22,213 nucleotides of DNA. It comes from Promethearchaeota archaeon (GTDB lineage Archaea > Asgardarchaeota > Lokiarchaeia > Sigyniarchaeales > SOKP01). How positions within the stretch are numbered: the first letter of the stretch is position 1; every line of letters starts with the position of its first letter. Shown here piece by piece: positions 18,346-22,213 of the stretch. The notes beneath the pieces were generated by a model. The model was not told the DNA's origin, ran no database searches, and worked only from the letters and a program-made list of their open reading frames with translations. Location: assembly GCA_019058015.1 (NCBI GenBank), contig JAHLWH010000194.1:1-22213 (forward strand). The letters are read 5' to 3'. The position numbers were made by a program, and so were the translations under genes.

Positions 18346-18747
18346 TTATGATGGTAATTTCTGCTCTTTAAATTTATTAATTGAATCTAACGCTTCTTTA
18401 ATTAAGAGGTCAACATTTTCTTGTTTTAATGTTTGTTCCGCGATATTAGAAAATGAATCTAAGTTTTTGATTAATTCTTCAATTGAATCAACGGCCAAAT
18501 TTTTTTGAAGCTTTTCCAATTCAATCGTTACATTTTTACCAATACTTTGTAAAGTGGAAATATGAGCACTACCTCCATCTTCTATCTGAAATTTAAGATC
18601 ACCAAATTGTTTAGAAAGATTGGATATTTTTTCTTCAATATTTTTATTAAGACCATCTAACGATTCCTTTAAACCTTGAATTGCATTGCCTAACTGAGCG
18701 ATTCTTTTATAAATATTTTGTAATAAATCTGTAAGCATTTCCGCCAT
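18346..18747 (-). CDS. Hypothetical all-helical coiled-coil protein
   Basis: 133 aa with strong heptads (LLQNIYKRIAQLGNAIQGLKESLDGLNKNIEEKISNLSKQF). GTGATGATG upstream. Confidence 0.72.
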   Translation of the reverse strand: MAEMLTDLLQNIYKRIAQLGNAIQGLKESLDGLNKNIEEKISNLSKQFGDLKFQIEDGGSAHISTLQSIGKNVTIELEKLQKNLAVDSIEELIKNLDSFSNIAEQTLKQENVDLLIKEALDSINKFKEQKLPS

Positions 18748-19035
18748 AAATCATCATCACATTATATTAAATATTGAACTTTTTTTTGTATAACCATCTA
18801 AGAGTTTTTAAGCTTATTATTTTTTTGTTAAAATTAAAAAGATTGTTATTAAATTTATTTTTATTGATTTTCCTAATTCATTGATAAATTCAATAAATGA
18901 TTTTCTTATGTTAATAAAATTTTTATTAATTTAACAATTAAATTGATAATAGAATAATAAGAAAAGAATTATTACAAAAAATTTATTTAAAAAACGCTCC
19001 CATGGCTAAGCTTGGTTTAAAGCGCTGGTCTTATA

Positions 19036-19088
19036 AGACATATAGACATACAAAAAAAATAAGAATTCTGTCTATAAGCATTTAGGAG
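19036..19088 (+). other. tRNA intron 1 (53 nt, canonical 37/38)
   Basis: Central helix C32-T33-T34-A35 pairs with TAGG (19083-19086); 3-nt bulges TAA and AGA. Internal hairpin TATAGACA/TGTCTATA. Confidence 0.85.
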
Positions 19089-19110
19089 AACCAGAGAACG
19101 GGGGATCGAA

Positions 19111-19140
19111 AGAAAGAGCCATTTGGACTCATTCTGATAT
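19111..19140 (+). other. tRNA intron 2 (30 nt, non-canonical 59/60, T-loop)
   Basis: Central helix ATCG (54-57) pairs with TGAT (19135-19138); bulges AAA and ATG. Outer helix GAA/TTC, followed by GAG/CTC. Confidence 0.85.
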
Positions 19141-19186
19141 GCCCCCTGGGAGCACTAATTCTTTAATTCCGATAAAAAAGAAGATA

Positions 19187-19732
19187 TTATTTTTTTTTGA
19201 TAACGCGAGTTAGTGAAGCAGATATTGCCCAACCAATAGTAAAGAAAAGTAAAATCCATTTCATAAGTGCAACCCAAGAGTGAGATACTGCCCAAATATC
19301 TGGAAAACCTAGTGGATCTGTAAGCATTGCTAATATAAATCCATTTTCAATAGCATCCAAACTCGCTGCAATAATTCCTAAAATAGCAATTAAGAAACCT
19401 GACTTCCTCCATTTTGTGCTTTCGTTAAATTTTCTAGCAATAATTAAAGCAAGAGAGAAGATTAAAATCCCATAACTAACCATAAACCCGTAATCGAGTA
19501 TTTCTGCGATTCTATAGTTATTTATATCCACTGTATTCATTGTATTAAAGTGGGACTTAATAATTTCACCACTAAATGATAGTTGACTTTCTATATAATT
19601 TACTGGATAATTTGATATAATGGAAAAATAAGTCATAATGGGATAAACAATAAACAGAAGAATTATACTAAAAATTAATAATACTCGATTTTTTTTAGTA
19701 GATGGCCAATCAGATAATTTCTCTAAAAACAT
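19187..19732 (-). CDS. Hypothetical membrane protein (about 4 TM)
   Basis: Four hydrophobic segments with LDYGFMVSYG, LDAIEN and ALMKW motifs. No function assignable. Confidence 0.75.
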   Translation of the reverse strand: MFLEKLSDWPSTKKNRVLLIFSIILLFIVYPIMTYFSIISNYPVNYIESQLSFSGEIIKSHFNTMNTVDINNYRIAEILDYGFMVSYGILIFSLALIIARKFNESTKWRKSGFLIAILGIIAASLDAIENGFILAMLTDPLGFPDIWAVSHSWVALMKWILLFFTIGWAISASLTRVIKKK

Positions 19733-19902
19733 TTTTCACAAATGATCTTAATTTTCTAAGTTTATTTTGATTAGAATAATTAATTAAAAAATCTATTTAA
19801 TTCTTTTGAGTTTTTTAAATATCCTTAACTTATATCCCTAAACTTCGGTTTTTTAACTTAAAAGAGACCTAAACAAAAAAGGAATGTAAAAATATGAAAA
19901 AT

Positions 19903-20583
19903 TTAACCCACTAATTTTACTTTAATTTGTCCAATGAGCCATTTTTTAATTTGGATAAAATTTTTTAGCATACCTTTCCCTTGTTCGGTAGGAAACTCTT
20001 GTTCCTGTGGGAGGGTTTGTGTGTATGTCATCCATTTATTTAGAGCGAGCTGTACCAAATTATATCCTTCAGCCTCCTTTATGATCGGAATTACGGCGGC
20101 AGTTTCTCTTGTGTCACCTACAGAGAAGTATATCTTTCTTATGACATCTCCAATCATTATTCCGTTAATTACTTCATCTATTTTCCTTAGAACAATAATA
20201 GATTTTAATATCTGGTTTTTTACGTTTTCTTCAAGGGCGCTAAACCCTTTCTTCCTATTTTCCATTATTTCTTTAATTTTTTCAGTTAATGGTTCTAACT
20301 CTTCTTCGGTATTAGCAAAATAAGTTATATTTACTCCGTCATCTGCTGCTTGGACTTTACAGAAATATTTTTTAGTTGAATTAAACATAATTATTGTGCT
20401 TCCTTTTTCTTCTGCAGAGAGTTTAATCCAAATAGCACGGAGCTGGACGTCATTACAGCAATGATATGAAATTTCAAATAATTCTTTTTTTGATAAAGAA
20501 TTATAGGTTATTGTAATGACTTTATTTTTCCAGTTCTTCTCAACAATATTTTTATATTGTGATAAAATCTTGTTTGCGACCAT
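19903..20583 (-). CDS. Hypothetical protein (alpha/beta N-terminal domain plus helical bundle)
   Basis: Long open frame. ATG 20583 preceded by GGGTG; the ORF track uses 20595. Confidence 0.7.
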   Translation of the reverse strand: MVANKILSQYKNIVEKNWKNKVITITYNSLSKKELFEISYHCCNDVQLRAIWIKLSAEEKGSTIIMFNSTKKYFCKVQAADDGVNITYFANTEEELEPLTEKIKEIMENRKKGFSALEENVKNQILKSIIVLRKIDEVINGIMIGDVIRKIYFSVGDTRETAAVIPIIKEAEGYNLVQLALNKWMTYTQTLPQEQEFPTEQGKGMLKNFIQIKKWLIGQIKVKLVG

Positions 20584-20599
20584 ATACACCCACAAAAAG

Positions 20600-20615
20600 A
20601 TAAGAAATTTCTTAT
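20600..20615. promoter_or_regulatory. Perfect 16-bp palindrome, possible operator
   Basis: ATAAGAAATTTCTTAT, about 17 bp upstream of the ATG at 20583. Confidence 0.35.
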
Positions 20616-20674
20616 AATAATTTAATCCTTTGCTAACATATAAATATTTATTGTAGTTTTTAATTTTAGTTAGT

Positions 20675-22045
20675 TTATTGGTTTAAGGATTTACTGAATT
20701 GATCATAAGATTTTTGAAATCGTATGATAGTTAGATCTATATCTCTTTTTGTTGCACCTATTGCAGAATTCATAACAATATATGCATGTGGATAATGATT
20801 ACAACACATCCCAAATGATTTTTTGGTTGGATCATATATTCTTGGGCCAGTAACTCGTAGAGTATATAATGCACCTCCTAATGAAGATAAATTTCTACTT
20901 TTTAGATTATCTAATGTTAATGCAACAGCTACAGGATTAAACACATTGAGTATTTTTTCTCCAATTTTATCAGCAATTTTGTTTAATTCAACTTCTAAAT
21001 ATTTACGATTTTCCTTTTGTTCTTCTATAAGTGTTTGATAACCTTTAATGCCTAATGAGAGGATAGAAATTAAAAACTGAAAAATGGGTGAGGCGTTAGC
21101 TCGTCCAGCATATGTTCGGCTAATTTTTTCCATTGTATCTTTATCTGGTGTGCATATAATTGACCCACCAACTGGTGTTAGGAAGTTCTTATCAGTAGAT
21201 TGAATTATTGCATCAACTCTTCCAGCGTCTATAGCAGATCTTATCATTTTCATCCATTCTTCACTTTGCACTCCATAAGCATTAACAACTATATGAGCAA
21301 TATCTTTCTCTTGTGCTAATTTTGCAATTTCTTTAATATTATCTGCTTCACGAGGAGGAAAAAAGCTTGTAAATGATAAGATTGAGAAAGTATCTTTATC
21401 AATTCCAGCAGATATCTTTTCTATTGGAACACGAACAGCATCTCCATATATTTCTCCTTCAATAATTTTAGGTTCAGCACCCATATATTTAATTCCTTTT
21501 ATTATCGAGGTATGATCTAATCTAGGCACAACTACTTTTCTTTTGTGAAGAGTATCATTTTTCCATTCAGGTCGTAATCCAGCTAAACACAATGATAAGG
21601 ACATTCCAGTCGCCATTGGAACAACCAAGGCATCTTTAATGTTAGGTAATCCAAACTTACTCATTGCATATTTGGCTAATTTATTAGTTAACTCATGCAT
21701 GATGGATCCACCCGGCGCTTTAGGTTGAGGAGCACTAATTTCTCCACTTCTACCAATTCCATGACAAAAACCAGCAGAGTAGAGATTTAATAATGGTGTT
21801 GAAATACGTGCTTCCCTTTCACCCACTCTAGCGGCATCTAAATCTTTATCTGTATCCATTTGAGATAATAATTTTAATAAAAATTTTATTTGCTCATCTT
21901 CCCAAGGCTCTTCCGGAACTCGTTTTTGTTCTAATAAATTTTTAATTGGCTTTAACCAATTATCAAGAACAATTTGTCACCTATTAATTATATTTTGTGG
22001 AATTTTCGAGCCTTCAATTAAATCCCTTATTTTTTTTTCAAACAT
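20675..22045 (-). CDS. spcS: O-phosphoseryl-tRNA(Sec) selenium transferase (SepSecS) with in-frame TGA at codon 23 (recoded, pseudogenised or sequencing error)
   Basis: MDTDKD...VGEREAR, HGIGRSG...QPKAPG, TGMSL, FFPPR, NAYG, PLP-Lys STDKNFLTPVGG, GRA and RVTGPR motifs. Upstream of the listed ORF the same frame reads MFEKKIRDLIEGSKIPQNIINR*QIVLDNWLKPIKNLLEQKRVPEEPWEDEQIKFLLKLLSQ, the family's N-terminal scaffold. TGA at 21979-21977. Confidence 0.92.
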
Positions 22046-22094
22046 TACAAATTCATCTCTTTTTTTTTATGAATCGGCATTAAGAGTAGGAAAT

Positions 22095-22213
22095 TTATGC
22101 TTTATAATTCACTGTAATGGAATACTCAAAAGTGTCTTTCTCTGTAGGAATTTCTTCTCCATCTGCCTTTAAACTTTCGATATATAACTCAATTGCTTCT
22201 TTAGCCATTGAAA
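22095..22213 (-). CDS. hicB: HicB-family antitoxin, C-terminal part (5' end outside the window)
   Basis: Manual translation SMAKEAIELYIESLKADGEEIPTEKDTFEYSITVNYKA* matches the HicB pattern A-x-E-A-I-E-L-Y-I-E-S-L-x-x-x-G-E-x-I-P. Confidence 0.75.
   Translation of the reverse strand, partial: SMAKEAIELYIESLKADGEEIPTEKDTFEYSITVNYKA

Larger units (their letters stand above)
18996..19154 (+). tRNA. tRNA-Ile(UAU) with two introns (37/38 and 59/60)
   Basis: Acceptor GCTCCCA/TGGGAGC plus A73, D arm GCT...AGC, anticodon stem CTGGT/ACCAG with loop CT-TAT-A|A (TAT at 19032-19034), T stem GGGGG/CCCCC with spliced loop ATCGAA|G. Both insertions fold as bulge-helix-bulge motifs. Confidence 0.88.

Noticed and set aside
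18748-18995. Long AT-rich intergenic region as ncRNA or replication origin
   Set aside because: No ORB-like repeats or stable structure seen. It is adequately explained as divergent promoters.
18996-19154. Initiator tRNA-Met, suggested by the AUCGAA T-loop
   Set aside because: Anticodon is UAU, the first pair is G1-C72 rather than A1-U72, and the three consecutive G-C pairs of the anticodon stem are absent.
20596-20674. SECIS element downstream of spcS
   Set aside because: No AUGA/GUGA core or archaeal GAA/A stem is evident. A distant or divergent element cannot be excluded without a covariance search.
8626-21038. Remaining short overlapping ORFs (8626, 9585, 11133, 11776, 13121, 16577, 19934, 20823; also 3608)
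   Set aside because: All overlap better-supported genes on the opposite strand or in another frame and lack recognisable motifs.
21977-21979. Genome-wide UGA-to-Gly reassignment (code 25-like)
   Set aside because: No other conserved gene in the window has an internal TGA, GGA is used freely, and TGA ends the DUF106 and Vps28 genes at plausible lengths.

Overview
Strongly AT-rich archaeal chromosome segment, most consistent with an Asgard archaeon (Lokiarchaeia-like). This is inferred from a Sec61alpha-like SecY, a Vps28 homologue, gelsolin-like and longin-like ORFs, a tailed histone and SepSecS. Housekeeping genes: eS6, eL24, Rpo10, SecY, EMC3/TMCO1, eL34-cmk-eL14, RtcA, Fae-Hps, UDP-glucose dehydrogenase, NUDIX enzymes, DUF62, plus two intron-containing tRNAs. 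The strongest signals are absent from the ORF track. (1) The SepSecS gene really starts at 22045 and carries one in-frame UGA at codon 23, with no obvious SECIS nearby. (2) A tRNA-Ile with a UAU anticodon, A54 and two BHB introns (37/38 and 59/60). Also notable are a histone variant with a Lys-rich tail and altered tetramer interface, a stand-alone Vps28 next to a Zn-ribbon/Yip1 gene, and an uncharacterised cluster of two coiled-coil genes plus a longin-like/helical-repeat gene. All family calls come from motif recognition by eye; no searches were run.
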